Counted from the first letter of the stretch, positions 8,911 to 18,196 are shown. The stretch is DNA of 64,000 nt from an uncultured Candidatus Saccharibacteria bacterium (GCA_964510655.1 CAZEAY010000002.1:26613-90612), one strand, 5' to 3'. Numbers and translations are program-made. The notes: generated by a model from the letters alone, not told the origin.

Positions 8911-10389
8911 ATGTCAAAAGTAAAATTACAAATAAAGAATAAAAAAAATGGCGGATATGTGCTAATTAGTACCTTGGTTTTTGCCACTATTGCCGTAATT
9001 ATTTTGACTGGCGTGGCCTCTTGGTCCGCTACCAACTACCGTTTGGCCAACCAAACAGTAAATCGGGAAAAAGCCTTTCAAATCGCTGAAGCGGGTATTG
9101 ATTACTATCGTTGGCATTTAGCTCATTCACCTCAGGATTTTCAAGATGGCACTGGTCAGGCTGGCCCATACACACACCTGTATTACGATAAATTTGGTAA
9201 TGTAATTGGCAATTACCAATTGACCATTACCCCTCCTTTGGTCGGTTCAACGGTCGTTAAAATTGTTTCTAAGGGTACAGTTGCAAGCACTACTATTTCT
9301 CGTTCTATTGAGGTGATTTTAGCTATTCCCTCCCTGGCTAAATATGCTTTTGTGGCTAATTCTGTGATGCGTTTTGGTGAAGGAACAGAAGTTTTTGGGC
9401 CAATTCATTCTAATGACGGTATTCGGATGGACGGTTTGGCTCATAATATTGTTACTAGTGCTAAATCCACTTACGATGATCCTGATCATAATGGAGGTTT
9501 AGAATTTGGTGTGCATACCCATATTCAAGCGCCTCCCTCTAGTGGTCTGAGTAATGGAGGTTTATCAAGCGAAGCGCCTCCTTCTACTGTTCCTGTCCGG
9601 TCCGATGTTTTTATGTCTGGACGCCAGTTTCCCGTTCCTGCTATTGATTTTAATGGGTTAACTTCTAATTTGGCTAATTTGAAAACCTTAGCTCAGTCAG
9701 CCGGACGTTACTTTGCCTCTTCTGGAGCCCAAGGTTACAATATCGTCTTAAAGACTAATGGGACTTTTGATTTATATAAAGTTACAGCTTTAGTTTCGGC
9801 GGCTCATTCTTGCAATAAACAAAATTGGCCAGATCAGGAGGGTTGGGGAACATTTTCAGTTGGGACTCAAGTCTTCGTTGCTAATTATCCTTTTCCGACC
9901 AATGGAGTAGTTTTTGTCGAGGATAATGTTTGGGTGGAGGGTAAGATTAATAATGCTCGATTAACAATCGCTTCCGGCCGGTTTCCTGAGAGTGTTAACA
10001 CTAATACGAGTATTTCATTTACTAAAGATATTTTGTATACCAATTATGATGGTCGAGATGTCCTTGCTTTAATTGCCCAAAATAATGTTAATGCGGGAAT
10101 GACCAGCGCTGATACGATTGAAGTAGATGCTGCTCTTATTGCTAAAAATGGTCGAGTCGGGAGATATTATTACAATTCTAGTTGTCATCCTTATGATGAT
10201 CGGACTAAGATTAGATTGTACGGTATGATTGGGACTAACCAGCGTTATGGTTTTGCTTATACGGGAAGTCAGAGTGGGGGCTATGCAATAAGGGAAGTTG
10301 TTTATGATGGTAATCTGCTTTATGGTCCACCTCCTTCTTTTCCTTTGACTAGTGATCAATATGTAACGATTAGTTGGAGGGAAATTTAA
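8911..10389 (+). CDS. PilX-like type IV pilus minor pilin/assembly protein (N-terminal TM helix GGYVLISTLVFATIAVIILTG)
   Basis: A PilX-N-like hydrophobic N-terminus follows a short basic leader. It is 492 aa and is the last gene of the pilus operon. Confidence 0.55.
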   Translation: MSKVKLQIKNKKNGGYVLISTLVFATIAVIILTGVASWSATNYRLANQTVNREKAFQIAEAGIDYYRWHLAHSPQDFQDGTGQAGPYTHLYYDKFGNVIGNYQLTITPPLVGSTVVKIVSKGTVASTTISRSIEVILAIPSLAKYAFVANSVMRFGEGTEVFGPIHSNDGIRMDGLAHNIVTSAKSTYDDPDHNGGLEFGVHTHIQAPPSSGLSNGGLSSEAPPSTVPVRSDVFMSGRQFPVPAIDFNGLTSNLANLKTLAQSAGRYFASSGAQGYNIVLKTNGTFDLYKVTALVSAAHSCNKQNWPDQEGWGTFSVGTQVFVANYPFPTNGVVFVEDNVWVEGKINNARLTIASGRFPESVNTNTSISFTKDILYTNYDGRDVLALIAQNNVNAGMTSADTIEVDAALIAKNGRVGRYYYNSSCHPYDDRTKIRLYGMIGTNQRYGFAYTGSQSGGYAIREVVYDGNLLYGPPPSFPLTSDQYVTISWREI

Positions 10390-10445
10390 ACTAATTATTA
10401 ATTTCTTGCTTGATCGGGCAGACAAGTTGAAGTTTTAAACTTAAA

Positions 10446-10485
10446 CCCCTGAAAAACACCCCTTTGGTGTTTTTCAGGGGTTTTC
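10446..10485 (+). terminator. Strong rho-independent terminator (cccctgaaaaacacc ccttt ggtgtttttcagggg tttt)
   Basis: A perfect 15-bp inverted repeat is followed by a T-tract, ending the pilus operon. Confidence 0.85.
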
Positions 10486-10494
10486 TGTTATAAT
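10486..10494 (+). promoter_or_regulatory. Extended -10 (TGtTATAAT), 8 nt before the tpiA ATG. It implies a leaderless tpiA-pgk transcript.
   Basis: TGnTATAAT sits at 10486-10494 and the ATG is at 10503. Confidence 0.5.
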
Positions 10495-10502
10495 TATTTC
10501 AT

Positions 10503-11264
10503 ATGAAAAAAATTATTGTTGGTAATTGGAAGATGAATCCTACTGGTCCATCGGATGCCAAACATATTTTTACTAAGATTTCTTCTGGCCTGGTTAAATA
10601 TAAAAAGACCGAGGTTGTAGTTTGTCCACCGGCTATTTTTATGGGGATACTTGGAGCCCCAGCCTCCACTATTAAGCTTCGGCTGGGCGCGCAAGATGGA
10701 TTTTATGAAGTCTCTGGCGCTTTTACTGGTCTAATTTCTCTGTCGATGCTCAAAAGCATGGGGGTGGAGTATTGCTTGGTTGGACATTCGGAAATCCGAC
10801 AGGCTGGAGAGACAAATCAGGTTATTAATAAGAAAATAAAATCGGCTTTAAAAACGGGTTTGAAGGTTATTTTGTGTGTAGGTGAGAAAGTTCACGATGA
10901 AAATGGTGATTATCTAAAGACTCTCCAGTCTCAACTTTCTGAAGCTTTGGCCGGTGTACCCAAAAAATTTTTTAGCCAAATTTTGGTGGCTCATGAACCG
11001 GTTTGGGCGATCGGGGCTTCGGCTAAGGGAGCGGATACACCAGAAAGTTTTAACCATAATCGTCTTTTTATCAAAAAAGTTTTAGCCGATTTGGCTGGGA
11101 AGAAAGAAGGTCTCCAAGTTCCTATTCTTTATGGGGGTTCTGTTGGGGTAAAAAACGCTCAAGATTTTTTAGTGGCCGGAGGAGCTGATGGACTGTTGGT
11201 TGGGCGAGCTTCTTTGGTTCCGGTAGATTTTTTAAAAATTGTTCAAATTGCTGATCAGTTATGA
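10503..11264 (+). CDS. tpiA: Triosephosphate isomerase
   Basis: It has the TIM motifs VGHSE(I)R and AHEPVWAIG and the YGGSV loop. Length is 253 aa. Confidence 0.9.
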   Translation: MKKIIVGNWKMNPTGPSDAKHIFTKISSGLVKYKKTEVVVCPPAIFMGILGAPASTIKLRLGAQDGFYEVSGAFTGLISLSMLKSMGVEYCLVGHSEIRQAGETNQVINKKIKSALKTGLKVILCVGEKVHDENGDYLKTLQSQLSEALAGVPKKFFSQILVAHEPVWAIGASAKGADTPESFNHNRLFIKKVLADLAGKKEGLQVPILYGGSVGVKNAQDFLVAGGADGLLVGRASLVPVDFLKIVQIADQL

Positions 11265-12415
11265 TTGATTTAAAGTCAAAATTAATTACTCGGGTAAAAA
11301 ATCTAAAAGGTAAAAGAGTTTTACTCCGGCTTGATTTGAATGTGCCAATTAATGAGGGCGGTCAAATTGAGGATGCTTTTCGGGTGGATATGGTTATCCC
11401 AACGATTGAATTTTTGGTTAGTAAAAAGGCCAAGGTAATTATTGTTAGTCACCTTGGAGCTGATGGTAAACAAAGTCTGTCTCCAGTCGTGGCTTATTTA
11501 GGTAAACATTTTAATACAGCTTTTTTCCCAGATCTTGATAATTTATTTCACATCGAGGAACTTAAAGATGGTGAAGTAGCGATTTTAGAGAACATCAGGC
11601 GAGCAGAGGGGGAAATGACTAATAGCCTCAAGTTATCTAAAGAGCTGGCTTCACTTGCTGATATCTATGTTAACGATGCTTTTTCGGTGTCTCACCGCCC
11701 CCATGCTTCGGTTGTGGGAGTGGTGAAATATTTACCGTCTTATATTGGACCACTGTTTTTTAGAGAATACGAGAATCTGGTTAAAGCTTTTAAGCCCACT
11801 CATCCCTTTGTTTTTATTCTTGGTGGCTTAAAATTCCAGACCAAGATTCCTTTGTTAAAGAAATTTGTGACTAAGGCTGATTCAATTTTTATTGGTGGGG
11901 CCTTGGCTAATTCTTTTTTTAAGAAACTTGGTTACGAAATTGGAGAATCTGTTTTTGATTTGAATTCCGCTGGTATGACTGATTTTTTGAAAAACCAAAC
12001 TATTAAGCTTCCTCAAGATGTTGTGACCGAAAAACATGGTGATGTCTTTGTTCGATCAATTATGTCGGTAAAAACAAAGGAGTCGATTGTGGATATTGGT
12101 CCAGATTCCCTAGATTTGATTAAGGAGGAAATAAAACAAGCCCGTTTTATTCTTTGGAATGGTCCTCTGGGAAATTTTGAGAAAGGATTCAATAAGGGGA
12201 CACTGGAATTGGCACGAACAATTGCGAAGAGCAAAGCTTTTTCCTTGGTTGGAGGAGGTGATACTATTTCTGCTATTGCTGATCTAAAACTGGAAAAAGA
12301 ATTTGATTTTGTGTCTACGGCTGGGGGTGCTATGCTAGATTTTTTGGCAAATGGCACATTGCCGGGAATTGAAGCCATTAGTAAGTCAAAAAGCAAAAAG
12401 CAAAAAGCAAAATAA
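11261..12415 (+). CDS. pgk: Phosphoglycerate kinase
   Basis: A 4-nt ATGA overlap with tpiA. PGK N- and C-domain motifs are present (RxDLNVP, GGGDT-like GGGDTISA, GGGAMLDFL). Confidence 0.9.
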   Translation: MIDLKSKLITRVKNLKGKRVLLRLDLNVPINEGGQIEDAFRVDMVIPTIEFLVSKKAKVIIVSHLGADGKQSLSPVVAYLGKHFNTAFFPDLDNLFHIEELKDGEVAILENIRRAEGEMTNSLKLSKELASLADIYVNDAFSVSHRPHASVVGVVKYLPSYIGPLFFREYENLVKAFKPTHPFVFILGGLKFQTKIPLLKKFVTKADSIFIGGALANSFFKKLGYEIGESVFDLNSAGMTDFLKNQTIKLPQDVVTEKHGDVFVRSIMSVKTKESIVDIGPDSLDLIKEEIKQARFILWNGPLGNFEKGFNKGTLELARTIAKSKAFSLVGGGDTISAIADLKLEKEFDFVSTAGGAMLDFLANGTLPGIEAISKSKSKKQKAK

Positions 12416-12441
12416 AAAAACGGCCAACTGGCCGTTTTTTT
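12416..12441. terminator. Bidirectional rho-independent terminator (aaaaaaa cggccaactggccg ttttttt)
   Basis: A palindrome is flanked by an A-tract and a T-tract between the convergent pgk and HIT genes. Confidence 0.8.
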
Positions 12442-12802
12442 ATGATAAACAGTCTATTATTTTTTTGGCATTAGTTGGGAAATCTTTTTTGTTTCCAATT
12501 ACTTTATTGTCTGGATAGACCCAAATGTGGGCGTGGGGAACCTCTTCTCCAATAATTTTAGCTAAGACAAAGTCGGTGGAAAAGGCTTTTTTCTGAGCTA
12601 CGGCAATTTTTCGAGCCACCTCAAAATAGTCACCCGCGTTTGGTACATCCCAGACCCAAGGGTAATGAGTTTTTGGTATGACTAGAGTGTGTCCGGGAGA
12701 GAGAGGATTGATGTCAAGAAAGGCTAAAAAATCTTTGTCTTCATAGACCTTGTGAGAAGGTATTTCCCCTGCAATTATTTGGCAAAAAATGCAATTGTTC
12801 AT
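12440..12802 (-). CDS. HIT-family nucleotide hydrolase (histidine triad)
   Basis: C-terminal motif PHAHIWVYP (HxHxH-type), a CxxC-containing N-terminus typical of HIT/Hint proteins, 120 aa. Confidence 0.7.
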   Translation of the reverse strand: MNNCIFCQIIAGEIPSHKVYEDKDFLAFLDINPLSPGHTLVIPKTHYPWVWDVPNAGDYFEVARKIAVAQKKAFSTDFVLAKIIGEEVPHAHIWVYPDNKVIGNKKDFPTNAKKIIDCLS

Positions 12803-12824
12803 AAAAGGTGTTTATTGTTTATTA

Positions 12825-12833
12825 TGCTATAAT
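12825..12833 (+). promoter_or_regulatory. Extended -10 (TGcTATAAT) that would start transcription into the recJ leader element
   Basis: TGnTATAAT lies about 12 nt upstream of the conserved element beginning at 12845. Confidence 0.4.
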
Positions 12834-12844
12834 CATATATTAGC

Positions 12845-12987
12845 ATGAATCCCGTGGTAGAAAATCGGCCTCGTTGGGAATAAGTCTTCGGGAAACAGTA
12901 TGAAATTAATCAGTAATTACTAATTTAATAAAGATGGCATAAAAGAATCCCACCAGGATAATGCCATTTTTCACTAACGGGATGAAA
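12845..12987 (+). repeat. Conserved ~140-nt leader element, copy A (upstream of and overlapping the recJ start). It includes hairpin ATGGCAT-N20-ATGCCAT (12934..12967) and the motif CACTAACGGGATGAAA.
   Basis: It shows about 75% nucleotide identity over its whole length to 26188..26330, upstream of rplC. This includes a perfect 7-bp palindromic stem whose 3' arm contains an ATG. Confidence 0.6.
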
Positions 12988-14751
12988 AAGTGGCAAATTA
13001 GAAAACCTATTACAAAATCAGTATCTGACAGATTGGCGACTTATCCTCCTTTTTTGCGTGATTTATTGTTCGCCCGCGGAATCACCGATCCTCTTGTGGC
13101 GGAAAAATATTTACATCCATCTTACACTCGCGATCTTCATGATCCATTTTTAATGAAAGGTATGAAGAAGGCGGTGGAGCGGATAAATTTAGCAGTTGAG
13201 AGAAATGAGAGAATTGTTGTCTACGGTGATTATGATGCTGATGGAGTGCCGGGGACAGTGGTCATCACCTCTTTTTTTAAGGAAATTGGCTTTACCAATT
13301 TTGATATTTTTATTCCTGACAGACAACTAGATGGATATGGTCTGAAAGATGAAACAATTAAAGCTTTAGCTTTGGAGGGAACTAAACTTATTATTTCGGT
13401 TGATTGCGGAATTGTTGATGTTGAGCCGGCTAAAAAAGCCAAAAAACTTGGAATTGATATGATTATCACCGACCATCATCTTCCTCAGGATAAATTACCC
13501 CAAGCGGTAGCTATTTTGGATAATAAACAGGAGGGTGATGATTATCCTTACAAAATGCTTTGTGGGACTGGAGTCGCTTTTAAATTGGTCCAGGCTCTAA
13601 TGACGGTTAGTAAGCATGAATTTAAAGATGGGTGGGAGAAGTGGCTCCTAGATTTGGTGGCGATTGCGACTATTTCAGATATGGTTCCATTGGAAGATGA
13701 AAATCGTACTTTAGCCTACTTTGGACTTAAAGTTTTGCGGAAGACTAAACGTCCAGGATTACTTGAGCTTATTCGTTCAATGAAGATGAATAAAGAAAAT
13801 ATCTCGGAAGATGATATCGGTTTTATGTTGGCCCCTCGGTTGAATGCGGCCAGTCGGATGTCTCATGCTGTTCAGTCTTATTTTTTACTGACCACGGACG
13901 ATGTTGATCAAGCTCGTGATATCGCTAAACATCTAGAAGAAAAAAATAACGAACGCAAGGCAATGGTCGAACAAATTGTTTTGACTATTGAAGAGAGGAT
14001 AAAAGAGAAAAAAACGATTCCTGACATTTTAGTTTTTGGTGATGCTCTTTGGCCAGCTGGGGGATTAGGGCTAGTCGCCAATAAAATCAAAGATAAGTAT
14101 AATAAAAGCGTTTTTGTTTGGGGTGGAAATGGTCAGGAAGGTGATTATAAGGGTTCTTCTCGTTCTGATGGGCAAGTAAACCTAGTTAAGTTAATGGAGG
14201 CGGCTGGGGGTGATGATTTTTTTATTAATTTCGGGGGCCATTTTATGGCGGCGGGTTTTGCTGTTTCTTCCGCCCGTCAGCCAGAGTTAGAGTCTCGTTT
14301 AAATGAGGCATATAAGAAAATCGGTAAAGAAAAAGCAGTTGAACCAGTGCTGATTAATAAGGAGATTTCCCTGGATGAGATTACTTGGGATAACTATTAT
14401 TTTATTGAAGAGATGGGACCCTATGGAATAGGAAATCCTAAACCGATTTTTTTACTCAAGAGGGTCTTAATTGATAGTGTTAAGGCCTTTGGTAATGGAG
14501 GAATTCATCTCGAGCTTGGTTTCCGTAATACCAAAGATAAAAAAATTACGGCTATCGGCTTTTTTACTTGCGCGGCAGGAGACCTGCCTGCGCAGGCAGG
14601 GAAGTTTGATGCTATAAATGGCCATATTTTTAAGGGGGTAAATTTGGAAGTAGGGCAGAGGGTGGATATTTTAGTGACATTAGAGAAATCAACTTTCAAA
14701 AATTTCCCTGAACTTCGACTGAGGATTGTTGATTTAAGGAATAATGGTTAA
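12961..14751 (+). CDS. recJ: Single-stranded-DNA exonuclease RecJ (DHH/DHHA1). The real start may be the ATG at 12982 (MKKWQ...) rather than 12961.
   Basis: It has the DHH motifs VVYGDYDADGV, DCGI and ITDHH and a DHHA1-like C-terminal region (GGHxMAAG). The first 7 codons lie inside the conserved hairpin element. Confidence 0.85.
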   Translation: MPFFTNGMKKWQIRKPITKSVSDRLATYPPFLRDLLFARGITDPLVAEKYLHPSYTRDLHDPFLMKGMKKAVERINLAVERNERIVVYGDYDADGVPGTVVITSFFKEIGFTNFDIFIPDRQLDGYGLKDETIKALALEGTKLIISVDCGIVDVEPAKKAKKLGIDMIITDHHLPQDKLPQAVAILDNKQEGDDYPYKMLCGTGVAFKLVQALMTVSKHEFKDGWEKWLLDLVAIATISDMVPLEDENRTLAYFGLKVLRKTKRPGLLELIRSMKMNKENISEDDIGFMLAPRLNAASRMSHAVQSYFLLTTDDVDQARDIAKHLEEKNNERKAMVEQIVLTIEERIKEKKTIPDILVFGDALWPAGGLGLVANKIKDKYNKSVFVWGGNGQEGDYKGSSRSDGQVNLVKLMEAAGGDDFFINFGGHFMAAGFAVSSARQPELESRLNEAYKKIGKEKAVEPVLINKEISLDEITWDNYYFIEEMGPYGIGNPKPIFLLKRVLIDSVKAFGNGGIHLELGFRNTKDKKITAIGFFTCAAGDLPAQAGKFDAINGHIFKGVNLEVGQRVDILVTLEKSTFKNFPELRLRIVDLRNNG

Positions 14752-14760
14752 AATATATTT

Positions 14761-15204
14761 ATGATCAAATTGTATCTAAATACTGATGGTGGTTCGCGTG
14801 GTAATCCTGGGCCGGCAGGGTGTGGCGCAGTGATTTCTGATGAAGAGAATAAAGTGATAAAAAAGGTTTCTAAATTCTTGGGTGTGGCGACAAACAACGA
14901 AGCTGAATATCAGGCGGTTATTCTGGGTTTGGAAACTCTCAAGAAAATATATGGGTCCGAAAAAATGAAAGACATTGATGTCGTTGTTCGGATGGACAGT
15001 GAATTAGTGTGTAAACAGTTAAATGGTGAATATCAACTGAAAGAGGAAAAATTATTTTCGCCTTTTATTAAAATTTGGAATTTTCGGGTTAAGGAAATAC
15101 CGAATATTAAATTTACTTACGTTCCGCGTGAACAAAATAGTATTGCTGATGGTCTCGCTAATGAGGCAATGGATGGTGGTTTAAAACAGGACGGCCTGTT
15201 TTAA
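14761..15204 (+). CDS. rnhA: Ribonuclease HI
   Basis: DGGSRGNPGPAGCG, the catalytic E in NNEAEYQAVILGLE, and the D in VRMDSELV form an RNase H type 1 fold. Length is 147 aa. Confidence 0.8.
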   Translation: MIKLYLNTDGGSRGNPGPAGCGAVISDEENKVIKKVSKFLGVATNNEAEYQAVILGLETLKKIYGSEKMKDIDVVVRMDSELVCKQLNGEYQLKEEKLFSPFIKIWNFRVKEIPNIKFTYVPREQNSIADGLANEAMDGGLKQDGLF

Positions 15205-15240
15205 ATAATTTCAAATTTCAAATTAAAAATTACTAATTGA

Positions 15241-15265
15241 AAAACCGCCCAGTGGGCGGTTTTTG
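15241..15265. terminator. Bidirectional terminator (aaaaccgccc agt gggcggttttt)
   Basis: A GC-rich palindrome flanked by A- and T-tracts sits between convergent rnhA and speH. Confidence 0.8.
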
Positions 15266-15271
15266 CTTTGT

Positions 15272-15727
15272 CTAATTCTGACGGAAAGATTTTCCGCGAA
15301 CAACGACATTTATATCTTCTTTTTCAGCTTTAAATGTTTCGCGAATAAAGCCCAGTGTTTTTTCGACATCAAACGGTCGGCAGGAGAAGACGTCTAGGAA
15401 GAATGTTTTGTCATGAGGATAGGTGTGGATGGAGATATGTGATTCGGCAATTATTACTACTCCCGTGACTCCATAATCTTCGTTTATTCCGCCACCATCA
15501 TACGACAGGGTGTATGGTTGGGTGAGTTTGTGCATCCCTAGAATCTCTGGCATTTTTGATAAAAACTGGAAAACCACCTGCATATCATTGAGTGGTCCGG
15601 CTGGACAGTCATATCCGTCGTAAGTCAGGTGTGGGCCATAGCCTTTTTTAATCTCCTCGGAGGAGGGAATTACTCTTTCGGCTTCTTGTTTGACCTCGTT
15701 AGAGGTCATCTGTCTTAAGTTGCTCAT
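15272..15727 (-). CDS. speH: Pyruvoyl-dependent S-adenosylmethionine decarboxylase proenzyme (SpeH/SpeD class 1)
   Basis: It has the hallmark self-cleavage/active-site motif AESHISIHTYPH (E|S processing site). Length is 151 aa. Confidence 0.7.
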   Translation of the reverse strand: MSNLRQMTSNEVKQEAERVIPSSEEIKKGYGPHLTYDGYDCPAGPLNDMQVVFQFLSKMPEILGMHKLTQPYTLSYDGGGINEDYGVTGVVIIAESHISIHTYPHDKTFFLDVFSCRPFDVEKTLGFIRETFKAEKEDINVVVRGKSFRQN

Positions 15728-15777
15728 CTAATTTCATAAAATAAGTTATGTTTTAATAAACTCGACAAAAAACCACA

Positions 15778-17346
15778 ATGAATTACAGTATAAGTAAATC
15801 ACCTCAAAATACAATAGTGGATAAGTCAAAACAGGATAATTTTTTAAACGTATCTCCCGTGGGTCGTCATCGAGATTGGCATCTGGTTTTTATTTTGTCG
15901 AGTTTGAGTTTTTTGACCAGTATGTTTTTAAGTAGTTGGCTGTCCTTGTCTTGGGTGCAAGCTGGTTGGTTTTTATTGCTGGCGGCTATTTTGGGTTCTG
16001 TTTTTGCTTTTTATTTTAAGGTTTCTTGGTCGGTAGTTTATTTTTTTATTATTATCTTTGTTGGATCGGCTGGAGGTATTCTTCGCCCTTTGCTTGAACA
16101 AGATTATAGTCATGAGTTGGATAATTATCTGGCTCATAAAGTTCTTATCTCGGCCGAAGTCGTTTATTCTCCGGATGAACGGGAAACTTTGACCAAGCTT
16201 GTTGTACACCCTCTTAATTATCAGGCCAAGATTTTACTTACCACCGAACGTTACCCGCAATACTCCTTGGGAGATGTTATTGCTTTGAGTGGTAAAATTT
16301 CTCGACCAAAAAATACTTTTTCAACCAATGGAACGTTTTTTGATTACCAATCTTATCTCGCTAAGGATGGCATTTATTATGAAATGTATAAACCAAACGT
16401 TTCTCTTATTTCTCGGCCGACAACCGGGGTCTTTGTTTTTTTATCTAATTTAAAATCGTGGTTGATTAAAAAGATTAACGATATCTTACCAGAGCCAGAG
16501 TCTTCTCTTTTGGCGGGTATTTTATTGGGGGCAAAAAAGGGATTGGGGACGGAAGTTACTAATAATTTTAAGCTGGCCGGAGTGTCTCATATCTTAGTTT
16601 TATCGGGTTATAATATCACTTTTGTGGCCTTGATTTTATTGCGCTTGTTTTCTCTACTTCCACGATTGTTCGGGGGTATTTTGGGGTTTGCCAGCATTAT
16701 TATTTTTGGTCTTTTGGCTGGAGGTGGATCAGTGGTGTGGCGGGCGGTTCTAATGTCTCTGATTGCTCTCTACGCCAAACTGACTGGTCGGATTTTTGAT
16801 GTTACGGCTGCGATTATTTTTTCTGCGGTGGCTTTGGTGGCTTATAATCCTAAAACATTGACCAGCGATTTAGGTTTTCAATTGAGTGTCTTAGCGATGT
16901 TGGGACTCGTTTATTTATCTCCAGTCCTGAAAGATAAAATCTTTTATTGGCTTCCAACAAGATTTGGATTGCAAGAATTAATTTGCTCAACTTTTGGAGC
17001 TCAGTTAGCGGTCATTCCTCTTTTGTGGCAAACGGTGGGACAAGTTTCTCTTTGGGGTTTTGTTTCTAATTTAGTTGTCTTGCCCTTCGTCCCTTACTCG
17101 ATGATGATTGGAGCTTTGGCTGTTTTACTCAGTCAGTTGTCTTTTGTCGTGGCCCAACCAATAAGCTTTCTTGCTTATTTACTCCTTAAAATAATCTTAT
17201 CTTTGGTCGAGTTTTTTGCTCAGCTAAGTTTAGTTGCTTCAATTGGTGGCGAAGGTTTCTCTTTTTTGATTTGGCTTATTTATTTACCGCTGTGTTATCT
17301 AACAGGAAGATATTGGTATAAGATTTATAAAAAAATTACAGTATAA
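15778..17346 (+). CDS. comEC: ComEC/Rec2 DNA-uptake channel protein, competence (membrane) domain part
   Basis: It has N-terminal TM segments plus an OB-like region, and the competence-domain motif LAGVSHILVLSGYNITFVA followed by multiple TM helices. Confidence 0.8.
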   Translation: MNYSISKSPQNTIVDKSKQDNFLNVSPVGRHRDWHLVFILSSLSFLTSMFLSSWLSLSWVQAGWFLLLAAILGSVFAFYFKVSWSVVYFFIIIFVGSAGGILRPLLEQDYSHELDNYLAHKVLISAEVVYSPDERETLTKLVVHPLNYQAKILLTTERYPQYSLGDVIALSGKISRPKNTFSTNGTFFDYQSYLAKDGIYYEMYKPNVSLISRPTTGVFVFLSNLKSWLIKKINDILPEPESSLLAGILLGAKKGLGTEVTNNFKLAGVSHILVLSGYNITFVALILLRLFSLLPRLFGGILGFASIIIFGLLAGGGSVVWRAVLMSLIALYAKLTGRIFDVTAAIIFSAVALVAYNPKTLTSDLGFQLSVLAMLGLVYLSPVLKDKIFYWLPTRFGLQELICSTFGAQLAVIPLLWQTVGQVSLWGFVSNLVVLPFVPYSMMIGALAVLLSQLSFVVAQPISFLAYLLLKIILSLVEFFAQLSLVASIGGEGFSFLIWLIYLPLCYLTGRYWYKIYKKITV

Positions 17347-17353
17347 TTTAATT

Positions 17354-18196
17354 ATGTTATTAAAGTTACGGTGGTTCTTTATCTTTATTCTGGTTTTCGG
17401 TAATTTTTTTGTTTGGTATTCAATTTTTTATTTTTTCAATCAAAACTTGGAAGTTGCTTTTTTAGACGTTGGTCAGGGCGATGCTATTTTAGTCCGGGCC
17501 CCCTTAGGGCGGACAATTTTAATTGATGGTGGTCCGGGGCGAAATATTCTTAGCCGTTTAGCTAAAGAACTGCCTCTGTTTAGTGACCAGATTGATGTTT
17601 TGATGGAGACCCATCCTGATACTGATCACGTTGGCGGATTACCAGATGTTTTAGGGCGTTATGCCGTTAGGGCGGTTGTTAAACCGTGCATTGTCTCAAA
17701 TAATTCTTATGATCAGGCCTTGAACTCCTTGGCGAAAGATAAACAAGTAGCAGTTATTTGTGCTCAAGCCGGGCAAGTGATTGATTTGGGGGGAGGAGCT
17801 AAAATGGAAATTTTTTATGCTGGGCGGGATGAAGTTAAGGATACTAATACGGCCTCGATTGTCGCCCGTCTTGATTATCAAGAAAAAAGTTTTTTGTTTA
17901 CTGGTGATACTCCGATTAAAGTGGAGAAATATCTCGTTTATAATTTAGGAAATAAATTATCTTCAGATGTTTTAAAAGTGTCCCACCATGGTTCAAAATT
18001 ATCTAATGATGAAAAATTTTTAAAAACGATCAGTCCTCAGGTTTCTGTTATCTCTGTTGGGACAAAAAATACTTATGGACATCCCCACCAGGAAGTTTTA
18101 ACTTACCTCTCTAGCTTAAAGAGCGTGATCTTAAGAACTGATATCTTAGGGACAATAGTCTTAGAGAGCGATGGCCGCTCTATTTATCAAAAATAG
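17354..18196 (+). CDS. ComEC C-terminal metallo-beta-lactamase domain, encoded as a separate ORF
   Basis: It has FLDVGQGDAILV, ILIDGGPG, the MBL zinc motif HPDTDHVGG, and SHHGS. It begins 7 nt after the comEC stop. Confidence 0.75.
   Translation: MLLKLRWFFIFILVFGNFFVWYSIFYFFNQNLEVAFLDVGQGDAILVRAPLGRTILIDGGPGRNILSRLAKELPLFSDQIDVLMETHPDTDHVGGLPDVLGRYAVRAVVKPCIVSNNSYDQALNSLAKDKQVAVICAQAGQVIDLGGGAKMEIFYAGRDEVKDTNTASIVARLDYQEKSFLFTGDTPIKVEKYLVYNLGNKLSSDVLKVSHHGSKLSNDEKFLKTISPQVSVISVGTKNTYGHPHQEVLTYLSSLKSVILRTDILGTIVLESDGRSIYQK

Noticed and set aside
12961-12981. N-terminal extension MPFFTNG (recJ) / MPFSTNG (rplC, 26304..26324) as conserved protein sequence
   Set aside because: The identity is at the nucleotide level and continues about 120 nt upstream into non-coding DNA. 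For rplC the downstream ATG gives the canonical L3 N-terminus MKFILG. The segment is better explained as part of a structured leader (the 3' arm of the ATGGCAT/ATGCCAT hairpin) than as coding sequence.
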